A stretch of 64,000 bases of DNA, taken from IMG/VR virus record IMGVR_UViG_3300025011_000016; one strand, written 5' to 3'. The notes beneath the pieces are model-generated. The model was given only the letters and a program-made list of their open reading frames with translations. It was not told where the DNA came from and searched no databases. A program made the position numbers and the translations under genes. This document shows positions 37,573 through 46,317 of this stretch, in pieces. Numbering within the stretch: the first letter of the stretch is position 1; each line of letters opens with the position of its first letter. This DNA comes from a virus. Lineage: Duplodnaviria; Caudoviricetes.

Positions 37573-38043
37573 ATGGATAAATTCGTTAATTATGGTGGTG
37601 TTAACCTTAAGGTAAAAGATAATGGTGATGGTACTTGGTCAGCACAAGCTGTATTAGATGGAACTGATGCTACTGGAGTAACTCAGGAATCTGGTGGTAC
37701 TGGTTCAAGAGGTTGGTTATCTAGTATTTATAATGTTATGAAAGGTATACAAACTACTATTAATGCATTTATTGCAGGCAATACTGTTAATGAAGTTAAA
37801 CGATATACATTAGTAGCTAATACTGATACATTATTTACATTTTCAGGTGTATGTAAAAGATTTGATATTCTTAATGTTGGACCAGGTGATGCTTATTATG
37901 AGGTCGATGGGGTTGCATCTGTTAATGGTACAACAAGTACTTTATTACCTGCTGAAACAGGATATGGTATATCTATGCAGGGAACGACAATCCATGTTAT
38001 TTCTACAGGAACCCCAATTGTTCAAATTGTGGGGGTGAGATAA
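37573..38043 (+). CDS. Probable tail-associated structural protein
   Basis: Gly/Thr-rich and beta-rich, late promoter, RBS aaaggag. AT-rich jumbo-phage codon style. Confidence 0.55.
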   Translation: MDKFVNYGGVNLKVKDNGDGTWSAQAVLDGTDATGVTQESGGTGSRGWLSSIYNVMKGIQTTINAFIAGNTVNEVKRYTLVANTDTLFTFSGVCKRFDILNVGPGDAYYEVDGVASVNGTTSTLLPAETGYGISMQGTTIHVISTGTPIVQIVGVR

Positions 38044-40068
38044 ATGGAAGGTTATTTTAAATTACCGGGTACTGTAAAAGCAGATCTTGCTGCGTATAAG
38101 GCAGAAACTACGGCACAGTTAGCTGATAAAGCACCGCAAATAGCATTAGATATTGAGAAGGCAAGGATTAATAATTTAGTCGCGGTCACCAATGCTTCTT
38201 TTTACGAAAAATCTACAGCAGGGATAACTGGAGTATTATTAATAGTAGAGAGTGGAGCAACTACAGGACAAATTAATCTTGCAAGCGTTACACCAGTAGC
38301 GACAGGATATACAGCAGTAGCGGGTGATTATGTATTACTTGTTTATGGTGTAGCGAGTGGTAGTGCAGAATTAATAGATCTGAAAATTGGGGCCGATGGT
38401 ATAACCTATGGAAGTGCAGGGGAAGCAGTCAGAGGGCAAATTGGTAAATTAAAGACAAATATTGGTGGTGAAAAAGATTGGACACACTTAACGGGTGATT
38501 ATGTATTACAAACTGTACCGGCAATAAGCGGTGCAAGATGGTCTGCTATGAATAGCGACCTTGGACATACATTAATTCTTTTAACCAGCCTATTATACTA
38601 CTATTACACAGAACCTATCGAAGTTAAGGCGGGAGATAAATTCCATATTCAGGTTACAGGTAGCAGGGCTGATTTGTACCATGTCATTTACTTGGATGAA
38701 GATTCTATCTTCATTGGGGGGGAATGTTATGGTGACGGTGTATGGGATGTTGAAATTACTATACCAGAAAACTGTAAATACTTAGAATTCAATATATTAG
38801 CAAATTTGTCTGTGTATAAGTACATTTATGACAGACTTGCAACCGAAAAGTATGTTGAAACAAATTGCGTTACATTTTCAGACAAGTCTTTAACATACCA
38901 AGACCCTGCTAATAGATGGAATGTAGGTACACAATCGGTTGTCGATGAAATGACAACTTATCTAAACAGTGTGAAATTTGATAAGGATACATTTGATGTC
39001 CGCTATAAAATGACGACTAATTTTTCCCATGATTCCAAACTTGCGATTGATGCAGTAAATGGTTTAGCCTATTGCTGTATGCTTACTAATGATGTTGGAA
39101 CAGGAGATAGCCCAACGTATACAGACGCATATTCTATTTTGGAAATAATTGATTTGGATAGTTGGACATTACTTGGTAGGCATGATGCTGGTAAGTATGG
39201 GGATGCGGTTGGCGGTTTTACAATTATCTCAGGTGTTGGCGGTGCTACACCAATTATCATTGATGGGGATATAACAGTTACGTTTTGCGCGAAACTTAGT
39301 GACAACAAATGGTATATGTTGCGTAAAGTGTTTGATGTAGCAACTAGCACTTTCGGAGCTACTGCTATTTGCCAGTTTACTCACGAGGCGGCGACCTTTG
39401 ATTTTACAACTGATAATATTAGCTTAAATGTATTCACGCTTCCAAGTGTAGACCACTTTCCTAATGTTGGGGCACAGGCGAGTAAACACACTGATGGTTA
39501 TTATTATTGTGGCTTACTGTTCAATAGTTTGATTCCAAACAGTATTTTGATCAGGACACTAGATTTCTTAACCTTTGAATATTGGCTTGAACCTCAATTC
39601 GTTGATTCGCAAGCTAACTGGGAGGGTTCTTGCTTCTGCAAAGATGGTTATCTGTATTACGCATTAAGGCAAATTTCAAATAGCACAGAACCATTCAATA
39701 CTAAAATACTCTTATCTAAAATCAATCTTACGTCTAAGGCGATAGTGGAACAAATTAAGATTCAAGATGCTGGGTCAAAAGGATATTTTTTCACAGATGG
39801 TACTAATATTTATTTGGTTCATAGCACATGTGCAAGACAAAGAACTGAAATATTAAAAATAGACCCTTCCAATCTTGGTAATAGCAGTATCGTTGTTCAA
39901 GGAACGATGCAATCTGTCTATCCAAACATTGAAGCATACAATGGATATTATTACTTGCTTGGAACTGGAAATAGTTCGACTAGTGTATATCTTAGAAAAT
40001 TTGACTTGTTGCCTTACGCAAATCTTGATATATCAAATAGAGTGGTAAGTTTATTTGATATTCAGTAG
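38044..40068 (+). CDS. Tail fibre / receptor-binding-like protein with probable C-terminal beta-propeller
   Basis: TTAQLADKA and ELIDLKIGADGITYGSAGEAVRGQI segments are recalled from Firmicutes phage tail proteins. Aromatic, beta-rich C-terminus. Confidence 0.55.
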   Translation: MEGYFKLPGTVKADLAAYKAETTAQLADKAPQIALDIEKARINNLVAVTNASFYEKSTAGITGVLLIVESGATTGQINLASVTPVATGYTAVAGDYVLLVYGVASGSAELIDLKIGADGITYGSAGEAVRGQIGKLKTNIGGEKDWTHLTGDYVLQTVPAISGARWSAMNSDLGHTLILLTSLLYYYYTEPIEVKAGDKFHIQVTGSRADLYHVIYLDEDSIFIGGECYGDGVWDVEITIPENCKYLEFNILANLSVYKYIYDRLATEKYVETNCVTFSDKSLTYQDPANRWNVGTQSVVDEMTTYLNSVKFDKDTFDVRYKMTTNFSHDSKLAIDAVNGLAYCCMLTNDVGTGDSPTYTDAYSILEIIDLDSWTLLGRHDAGKYGDAVGGFTIISGVGGATPIIIDGDITVTFCAKLSDNKWYMLRKVFDVATSTFGATAICQFTHEAATFDFTTDNISLNVFTLPSVDHFPNVGAQASKHTDGYYYCGLLFNSLIPNSILIRTLDFLTFEYWLEPQFVDSQANWEGSCFCKDGYLYYALRQISNSTEPFNTKILLSKINLTSKAIVEQIKIQDAGSKGYFFTDGTNIYLVHSTCARQRTEILKIDPSNLGNSSIVVQGTMQSVYPNIEAYNGYYYLLGTGNSSTSVYLRKFDLLPYANLDISNRVVSLFDIQ

Positions 40069-40107
40069 GTCGTAGTTGACGCAAACCCCGACACAGAGAG
40101 GTGAAAA

Positions 40108-41925
40108 ATGGCACAACTAAAAATATTAAACCCCTCCCTCGAACCTTTGGCGATACTACTTAACGTAGTGTCGCCTTCTGTTTCCGAAGAAATAAACCGC
40201 GAGTTCACGGCATCGTTTCAAACCATTATCGACGGCGACAAAAGCGACTACATCACCTATCAAAACATCGTCGAAATTGAAGGTAACTATTTTAACATCG
40301 TCTACACGAAAGACAACCACAACCCCGACGGCACACTGACAATCGACGGTGAGTGTGAGCATGTGAGTTATGATCTAATCGGCGACGAAAACGACCCGGC
40401 AGACCCTATGATACATGAGTATTACGCAAATGTTGGCACCCCTACAGCGTTACTGACAACGTTGCTTTCCGGCACAGGCTTTACGGTAGGACAAGTTGAT
40501 TTTACTGCGCTGACAACTATCGCGATTAACGAAAAGGTTAACAAGCGGGGAATACTCATAACGCTGGCTGAACAGTTAGGCGGGGAACTAAAGTTCGACA
40601 AGTACGAAATATCCCTATTGTCGCGCAGGGGAGCGGATCGTGGGCTAGGATTTAGGTATCGTCGAAATCTAGCTAGTATGTCGCGGATCACAGACAACCG
40701 TAACAAGGTTGATGGATTGCCTACCGTGACATACACCACGGATGTTGTCGAATTGGAGTTCGCTGAAGGGCATGGGACTGACGATCATTACGAGTTGGGG
40801 GATACAGTTTATCTATTTGACGACCAGTTAGGCATTGCAAATGTGCCACTTAGAATTATCAAGGAGTCTCACAACCCTCAGCAACGTATGCAGGGAAACG
40901 TGACTATATCAAATCTCTCGGACGCATTCGTAAAGGATATACATGACACGGTGGCTGGGTTGCAACAGAGTACAGTGTATAAGGGAGCGTTGTACAACGG
41001 GGTAAGGATAAGTGCATACGATGGGTTCGTGGCGACTAGGACGGACAATAAAGTCAGGACGACACTCAATGCAACGAATGGAATTTCGGTACAAAGTGGC
41101 GATGGTTTAGGTACGTGGGTAGACAGGTTTTACGTCGATATTGACGGCAACACTCGCCTGAAAAATGCTTTTATTGACATAACTAGTGGTGACACATATA
41201 TCCTGATTAGCCCGACTGAGGGGATCAGGATTACAAAGGATAGTGTCGATAAGTTTTCCTTAGACACCAATGGCAATGTGCAGCTAAAAGACGCATCAAT
41301 CAACATAACCAGTGATGGCACAAACATAATTATTAGCCCGGTCGAAGGGATTAAAATTACCAAGGACAGCGTCGATAAGTTCTATGTCGATGTCAATGGA
41401 AATCTAACCTTTGACGGCAAGATGATGGTAACTGACTCAGGGAATACTTTGGCGGAAATATTCAAGGATACTAACGGAGGGATTCTAAATCTCTATGATT
41501 TGTCAGGAAACCTGAATGTAAAGATCGGAGTAGAATCAGGAGTTGCAGGGAATACAGGGGGAACGCTGGTCTTGTTTAAGGATGTTCCTCCCGGATCTGA
41601 TCCAATCAATTTTAGAAGGGTAGAACTTGGCATTAGCAGTACGTTTGACTGTGGGGCTGCAAACTTTAGAGACACAAGCAACAAGGTTAGGGCTAGTATT
41701 CAAGCCGACTCTTCCGCTGGCCCGTATATCGGGATAAGGGATTCCGCAGAAGTAATGAAGAGTTATATTTCCGAGTTTTTTGGCAAAATAGACAACGAAT
41801 TAATTGCAACTAGGCCTTGGGTAGATATCCAAATAGCCGCCTACGACCTGGTTATAAAGGAATGGGTTGTAGAGCAAATAGCGGCTGTAATATTTACACA
41901 CATTGAGGAATTCCACACACCATAA
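40108..41925 (+). CDS. Siphovirus tail protein (prophage tail / Tal-like)
   Basis: GELKFDKYEISLLSRRGAD.G..FRYRRNL and YELGDTVYLFD..LGI...RIIKESHNP. Lies just before the lysis genes. Confidence 0.8.
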   Translation: MAQLKILNPSLEPLAILLNVVSPSVSEEINREFTASFQTIIDGDKSDYITYQNIVEIEGNYFNIVYTKDNHNPDGTLTIDGECEHVSYDLIGDENDPADPMIHEYYANVGTPTALLTTLLSGTGFTVGQVDFTALTTIAINEKVNKRGILITLAEQLGGELKFDKYEISLLSRRGADRGLGFRYRRNLASMSRITDNRNKVDGLPTVTYTTDVVELEFAEGHGTDDHYELGDTVYLFDDQLGIANVPLRIIKESHNPQQRMQGNVTISNLSDAFVKDIHDTVAGLQQSTVYKGALYNGVRISAYDGFVATRTDNKVRTTLNATNGISVQSGDGLGTWVDRFYVDIDGNTRLKNAFIDITSGDTYILISPTEGIRITKDSVDKFSLDTNGNVQLKDASINITSDGTNIIISPVEGIKITKDSVDKFYVDVNGNLTFDGKMMVTDSGNTLAEIFKDTNGGILNLYDLSGNLNVKIGVESGVAGNTGGTLVLFKDVPPGSDPINFRRVELGISSTFDCGAANFRDTSNKVRASIQADSSAGPYIGIRDSAEVMKSYISEFFGKIDNELIATRPWVDIQIAAYDLVIKEWVVEQIAAVIFTHIEEFHTP

Positions 41926-41954
41926 GCCATAGGGCTTATTTTTTATGGGTAGCA

Positions 41955-42233
41955 ATGAAAGGATGGCGAAAGGAAGGTGTGCTAATGGAACATCAAGACG
42001 TACTTATGGACATCAGGGAACGCTTAGTTCGCGTGGAAACAAAGTTGGACAACCATAACGGCATCAGGGAAAGACTTGATGCCGCAGAGGACAAGGCAAT
42101 CGAAAACGAGTCTAGATCTAAATCGAATTGCCATCGAATCGACAAGCTAGAGGCTAACCTAACATGGCTCTGGCGCACAATTGCCGGGGCTGTTATTGTT
42201 GCTGGAATTGGGGCATTGGCTATTTTTAAGTAG
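41955..42233 (+). CDS. xhlA: XhlA-family holin/hemolysin-like protein
   Basis: ERLVRVETKLD...RIDKLEANLTWLWRTIAGAVIV. The true start is probably MEHQD. Confidence 0.75.
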   Translation: MKGWRKEGVLMEHQDVLMDIRERLVRVETKLDNHNGIRERLDAAEDKAIENESRSKSNCHRIDKLEANLTWLWRTIAGAVIVAGIGALAIFK

Positions 42234-42244
42234 GAGGAATTGGT

Positions 42245-42913
42245 TTGCCTAAGGTATACATTAGTCCAAGTACGCAGGAAATGAACCGAGGAGTATCGCC
42301 GTTTGGTACTGAAGAAGCGGAAACGAACAAGATTGCGGATGTGCTTATTCAGCTATTGAGCAACGATGGGAGATTTCAAGTAAAACGTAATTCTACAGCT
42401 ATGGACCCTTACCAATGTGCTGAAGACTCTAACAACTTCGGGGCTGATATTCATGTCGCAATCCATAGCAACGCCGGGGGCGGAGAGGGGACGGAGGTTT
42501 TTGCCTATGGTGCAGGTTCAAACTCAGACCGATTAGCCAAGTGTCTTTACAGCAAGGTTGCGCCTCTTAGCCCGGGAAATGACCGAGGAGTGAAGTTTAA
42601 CCCCAAGCTAATCGAGGTAGGAAACAGTGTCAACGCCACGTCCTGCTTAATCGAGCTGGCATTTCACGATGAAGCTAACGATGCAAGATGGTTGGTTAAC
42701 GGGCGAGATTCAATTGCTATGGCTCTCTACCATGGGATTTGTGACTATTTTAGTTATGATTACATGGAGATTAAAGAAGCGTCTGAGGTTAAAAAAACCA
42801 TTGCGCCTGACGATATTTACATAAGCGTAAGGGCGCAAAAACACTTGGCAGATCAGGCGATAAAGGATATTAACAAGCTGGGGTTTGCTGCCAAGATTCT
42901 TGAGTTGGCATAA
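42245..42913 (+). CDS. N-acetylmuramoyl-L-alanine amidase (Amidase_3) endolysin
   Basis: KVYISPS, E.E.N, ADIHVAIHSNAGGG.GTEV and LIELAFHD. Confidence 0.88.
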   Translation: MPKVYISPSTQEMNRGVSPFGTEEAETNKIADVLIQLLSNDGRFQVKRNSTAMDPYQCAEDSNNFGADIHVAIHSNAGGGEGTEVFAYGAGSNSDRLAKCLYSKVAPLSPGNDRGVKFNPKLIEVGNSVNATSCLIELAFHDEANDARWLVNGRDSIAMALYHGICDYFSYDYMEIKEASEVKKTIAPDDIYISVRAQKHLADQAIKDINKLGFAAKILELA

Positions 42914-42986
42914 ATCAAGGTAAACCATTGACCAGCCTATAATGCATGGTTTACCTAGGTAAACTTGTAAACTTTTAGTAAACCTT

Positions 42987-43178
42987 TTGAAAGGAGCGAC
43001 AGCCATGGAAAATAAAGCAACACTAATCGCGATCGGTGGGGTTGTTGTCATAGGGCTCGGAGTCTTGGCTCAATCTGTAATTACCGGGCAGGCCATGGAC
43101 CCGGAGCTGATAAAGTTAATCGTAACTGGTCTTGTAGGATTTGCTAGTGGTGCGGCTGCGGTAAAGATAGCTGGTTAA
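42987..43178 (+). CDS. Small membrane protein, possible holin
   Basis: Two hydrophobic helices, located in the lysis cassette. Confidence 0.6.
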   Translation: MKGATAMENKATLIAIGGVVVIGLGVLAQSVITGQAMDPELIKLIVTGLVGFASGAAAVKIAG

Positions 43179-43190
43179 ATAAGGACATAA

Positions 43191-43224
43191 CGAAAGCCCT
43201 CTCCGCCTTGGAGGGGGCTTTTTG
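43191..43224. terminator. Bidirectional terminator
   Basis: aaagccctctcc-gcct-tggagggggctttt between convergent units. Confidence 0.75.
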
Positions 43225-43228
43225 CATA

Positions 43229-43390
43229 TTAGAAATTGAACAACCTCCCCAACAACTTACCCAACAACCTACGTTCCACTCGTTTTACTACAGTCTCGCG
43301 CTTAACCGCATTTACATCCCCCAGAACCTTAGCCAAACCATATAGGATGCCTCTGGTTTTTCCGATTGTTAGACCTTTTTTCTTAGCCAT
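43229..43390 (-). CDS. 53-aa cationic amphipathic peptide, absent from the ORF track
   Basis: MAKKKGLTIGKTRGILYGLAKVLGDVNAVKRETVVKRVERRLLGKLLGRLFNF. Start overlaps the upstream stop. Confidence 0.65.
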   Translation of the reverse strand: MAKKKGLTIGKTRGILYGLAKVLGDVNAVKRETVVKRVERRLLGKLLGRLFNF

Positions 43391-43763
43391 TTTTAATCAC
43401 CTTCTTTCTGACATAATCACTCATGGTCACATTGCTTGCGACGGCCGCTTCTCGTATGGCCTCCCATTCTGCATCGGTGAATTTAATATGGCGACTGATG
43501 CGAGGATTTTTGGATTTCTTTCGCCCGGATCCTTCGCGTTTTCCACCATGCCTTGTATTTTCTACCCAAACACCGTCTTCGACAACGTAATCATTCTGGG
43601 AATTAACCCCGAACGATTGACCTTCCTGAGACGGCCTGAAATCTTCGCCTTCAAGTAATTCGTTTTTTCCATCCCATTGAGCTGGTTTTCCGTCGACATA
43701 ACCGATCGTGTAGCCGCCATCGTCAACCAGTTTCTCGCAGAACATCCAGGTTTCAAATCTCAT
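43383..43763 (-). CDS. Protein with C-terminal ribbon-helix-helix-like DNA-binding domain
   Basis: HGGKREGSGRKK...RHIKFTDAEWEAIREAA...MSDYVRKK. Confidence 0.6.
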   Translation of the reverse strand: MRFETWMFCEKLVDDGGYTIGYVDGKPAQWDGKNELLEGEDFRPSQEGQSFGVNSQNDYVVEDGVWVENTRHGGKREGSGRKKSKNPRISRHIKFTDAEWEAIREAAVASNVTMSDYVRKKVIKNG

Positions 43764-43765
43764 AG

Positions 43766-44140
43766 TTATTTCTCCTTCCTTTCAACGTATTTCCAAAAAT
43801 CATGATGAAGTTCCGGTTTTCCCTTGAAAACATGATTACAACTACCAACACCAAGGACTCCAACCCCGGTGTAGTATAAGGTGCATATACCGATAGGCCC
43901 CATAAAAGTAAAATACCTATCAACGTGAGATGAACCACCAAAATCTTTATGATTGCGTGATACGGCCTGATGCTGGACATCAACATCCACTATATATTTG
44001 TTTCCGTTTTCATCAGTAATCTCGACGAACTGGTGACATCCAACGCGCTGGTAGTAACATTTCTCCATTCCGCTATACGCCATCCATACTACCGGATGTT
44101 CACTAATGCCTGTTATTTTCATTTTTAAAACCTCTTTCAC
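43766..44140 (-). CDS. Hypothetical accessory protein
   Basis: 124-aa ORF in a leftward operon. Confidence 0.6.
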   Translation of the reverse strand: MKEVLKMKITGISEHPVVWMAYSGMEKCYYQRVGCHQFVEITDENGNKYIVDVDVQHQAVSRNHKDFGGSSHVDRYFTFMGPIGICTLYYTGVGVLGVGSCNHVFKGKPELHHDFWKYVERKEK

Positions 44141-44176
44141 GTGCCGGGTGTTGGCTCCCGGCTGGCCTTTGAGTTA

Positions 44177-44560
44177 CTAAACCAAGTACGCTTGAAAAAC
44201 TCCTTGGAAGTTCTTCTCTGCTACAGTACGAGCTATCAGTTTGTGGTTTTTTCCTGCATCCGTTACAAACTTTACAGTTACGTTTCCTTTTTTCACTCCT
44301 GGGATAACTTCAGTGATGGTAGCATTCTCGTACGCTACGTTGAAGGCTTTAGTTGTTGCCGAAATTCTAGCTCCGACAACCGCATTTAATGAAGTTAATG
44401 GTGTTTTCACGGCTTTTACTCCTTTCTTCAGCGATGCCCACAATGTCCGAAGTGCCAACGCTAAACGAGCCACATAATCCCCAACCATTTGCTTTGCTAT
44501 CTTGTGGGCCTCAACCATCATTTCACGTTTACTTAATTTGATCTTCGTCATTGCGTGCAA
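44177..44560 (-). CDS. Hypothetical accessory protein
   Basis: MVEAHKIAKQMVGDYVARLALALRTLW. First gene after a consensus promoter. Confidence 0.65.
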   Translation of the reverse strand: MHAMTKIKLSKREMMVEAHKIAKQMVGDYVARLALALRTLWASLKKGVKAVKTPLTSLNAVVGARISATTKAFNVAYENATITEVIPGVKKGNVTVKFVTDAGKNHKLIARTVAEKNFQGVFQAYLV

Positions 44561-44582
44561 CCCCTTTCTTTATCTTGATATA

Positions 44583-44611
44583 AGTATACACCTTAACCAA
44601 ATATATGTCAA
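44583..44611 (-). promoter_or_regulatory. Consensus sigma-A promoter
   Basis: Minus strand reads TTGACA-17 nt-TATACT. Confidence 0.8.
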
Positions 44612-44648
44612 CACTTTTTTCAAGATTTCCATAAAATTTTACAAAATA

Positions 44649-44680
44649 AAAAGCCCTCGGCTCATTCCGGGGGCTTTTTG
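44649..44680 (-). terminator. Terminator
   Basis: aaaagccctcgg-ctcatt-ccgggggctttt. Confidence 0.7.
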
Positions 44681-44685
44681 TGGTT

Positions 44686-45018
44686 TTACTTTAAACCAAA
44701 CTGTGCCTTCGTGTTCAACTTATTATTCTGGAACATAACGTTCGCGTTAGCTCCAATGTCACCCTCTCCTTTGTATGTGTACATAACCGTGTGCAGAGCC
44801 CCTCCCTTTGTTCCTGACTCGGACACCACTTCCCCCGGCCCGCCGATGATACTGGTTGCATCCTCGTAACTCATGCCTGTTGCGAGTTGGCCGAATTCAG
44901 CCTTTGTCATGGTCGGCTTGTTACCTGTCGTGGACGGAGCGTCCCCCATCGCGCCGATTGCTACCCCTAAAACTACTAGACCGACTACTCCGATCAATGC
45001 CTTTTTAATAAATCCCAT
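44686..45018 (-). CDS. Exported/membrane-anchored protein, DUF3862/BLIP-like domain
   Basis: N-terminal hydrophobic helix. MTKAEF.QL.TGMSYE....IIGGPGE...Y.Y.G.G..GANANVMFQN.KL..KAQFGL. Confidence 0.7.
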   Translation of the reverse strand: MGFIKKALIGVVGLVVLGVAIGAMGDAPSTTGNKPTMTKAEFGQLATGMSYEDATSIIGGPGEVVSESGTKGGALHTVMYTYKGEGDIGANANVMFQNNKLNTKAQFGLK

Positions 45019-45341
45019 GCAAATCTCTCCCTCGTTTTTTAAATAATGTGATAATTATACCACTAAGACCCCTGCCTTTAAATAGTAACGTTCGGACATT
45101 TCGCATCCCCCACCTTCCCCTACTCAACTCATCCCTGCGCAAATGCCCCTTTTTGCACAATTTCAGAGGGCTTGAGGGAGGTTGGCCGAACAATCGGCTA
45201 TATCATGTTGCTATAACGTTCGCTTTACCTTGTATCCCTTCTTGCGCTCCTTGGGACGAAACATAGGTATAGCTTCATGATGCTCTGGCAGCATGAAAAT
45301 AAATAAGAGTGGGCCGAAAACAATTGCTAAAGTAATCCATG

Positions 45342-45557
45342 TCATGTTGTCACCTTGTCGGACATTGCCAACTTTATCACAAGGGATCGCAACCGGTCTG
45401 CTTCTTCCTTTAATCGTTCTGTCTCACCCAACAACTCCGAGCAAGCCAAGTTTACAGCCGCATTCCTGCTTATCCCGCAGCCCTTAGCGTAAGCGTCTAA
45501 ATCTTTCAAGAGTGGGGCAGAGAAGTGAATTAGTGCGGGCTTCTTTTTCTTTTCCAT
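45342..45557 (-). CDS. CopG-like ribbon-helix-helix protein
   Basis: LIHFSAPLLKDLDAYAKGCGISRNAAVNLAC, followed by a coiled coil. Confidence 0.65.
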   Translation of the reverse strand: MEKKKKPALIHFSAPLLKDLDAYAKGCGISRNAAVNLACSELLGETERLKEEADRLRSLVIKLAMSDKVTT

Positions 45558-45619
45558 GCAACAGCCTCCCTATATCAACATGATATATATTTATGAGGGT
45601 TCGCGGAAAATATGACTGT

Positions 45620-46162
45620 TTACTTGCCAAAGAATCTCCACCAGGGTTTCTTGTTGCGTTGTTGTTGTATTAACTTGATATCATTGAGCCTTTGTAATAC
45701 CTCGTTATCTCTAAGCTCTGCGCTCCTGCGGCCATCCTCGTCCTTCTCGTGAAGCTTCGTGAATCCTTCTTTGAATTCCGCCCTTATGTCCTCAAGTTCA
45801 TCTTGAAGTTGGAGTATAATACGATTCTGCTTGGCTAGTTCTTCAAGCAAGGTATGGCGAATACTATGCACTAAATCTTCCTGTTGCGTTGCCTCGGTGC
45901 TGTTGTCAGGGGATTGTGCTACCAAATCAGTAACAACCCCAAATCGTTTTTCTAGTACCTCTATAATTTGATCATGGTCTAACTTTTTGGTATAAGATGT
46001 CTTAATAATGTTCAGGATTTCAATGGTTGAATCCCTCTCGAATTTAGTAGTTTTACCTTCCCCTTGGGTATTGAAGTAGGGTAGATAGGTATCTTTGTAA
46101 TAGCGACAAGTGCTTATATTTATGTCTGTCAATTCCGAGCATTGCTTGAGCGTGAGATACAC
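45620..46162 (-). CDS. HTH plus coiled-coil protein, pSK1 Par-like plasmid partition candidate
   Basis: N-terminal MerR-type HTH (LTLKQCSELTDINISTCRYY), central coiled coil, amphipathic C-terminus KKPWWRFFGK. Confidence 0.6.
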   Translation of the reverse strand: MYLTLKQCSELTDINISTCRYYKDTYLPYFNTQGEGKTTKFERDSTIEILNIIKTSYTKKLDHDQIIEVLEKRFGVVTDLVAQSPDNSTEATQQEDLVHSIRHTLLEELAKQNRIILQLQDELEDIRAEFKEGFTKLHEKDEDGRRSAELRDNEVLQRLNDIKLIQQQRNKKPWWRFFGK

Positions 46163-46182
46163 GACTTATACACACCCTTTCC

Positions 46183-46314
46183 TGTGGATAACCACCATTG
46201 TATTATTAATAAGATCAACTCTTGTAATAGTATATTTTGTGGGGAAAGATTCTTTCGGGGTCCCCGCAAAGTTCTTTCGGGGAGGGGGAAAGATTCTTTC
46301 GGGGTTGTGGATAA
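46183..46314. promoter_or_regulatory. Putative plasmid-type replication origin
   Basis: DnaA boxes TGTGGATAA at 46183-46191 and 46306-46314 flank an AT-rich tract and three iterons. Confidence 0.75.
46241..46304 (+). repeat. Three iterons with 22-bp period
   Basis: ggggaaagattctttcgggg at 46241 and 46285, variant cccgcaaagttctttcgggg at 46263. Confidence 0.85.
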
Positions 46315-46317
46315 CTT

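Noticed and set aside
40156-41684. Several minus-strand ORFs within the tail gene
   Set aside because: Shadow ORFs with no independent signals.
43236-43658. + strand 140-aa ORF with NNLP repeats
   Set aside because: It is the antisense shadow of the real minus-strand peptide and RHH genes.
46241-46304. Mini CRISPR array
   Set aside because: Only about 2 nt separate the repeats and there are no spacers. An iteron interpretation fits better.
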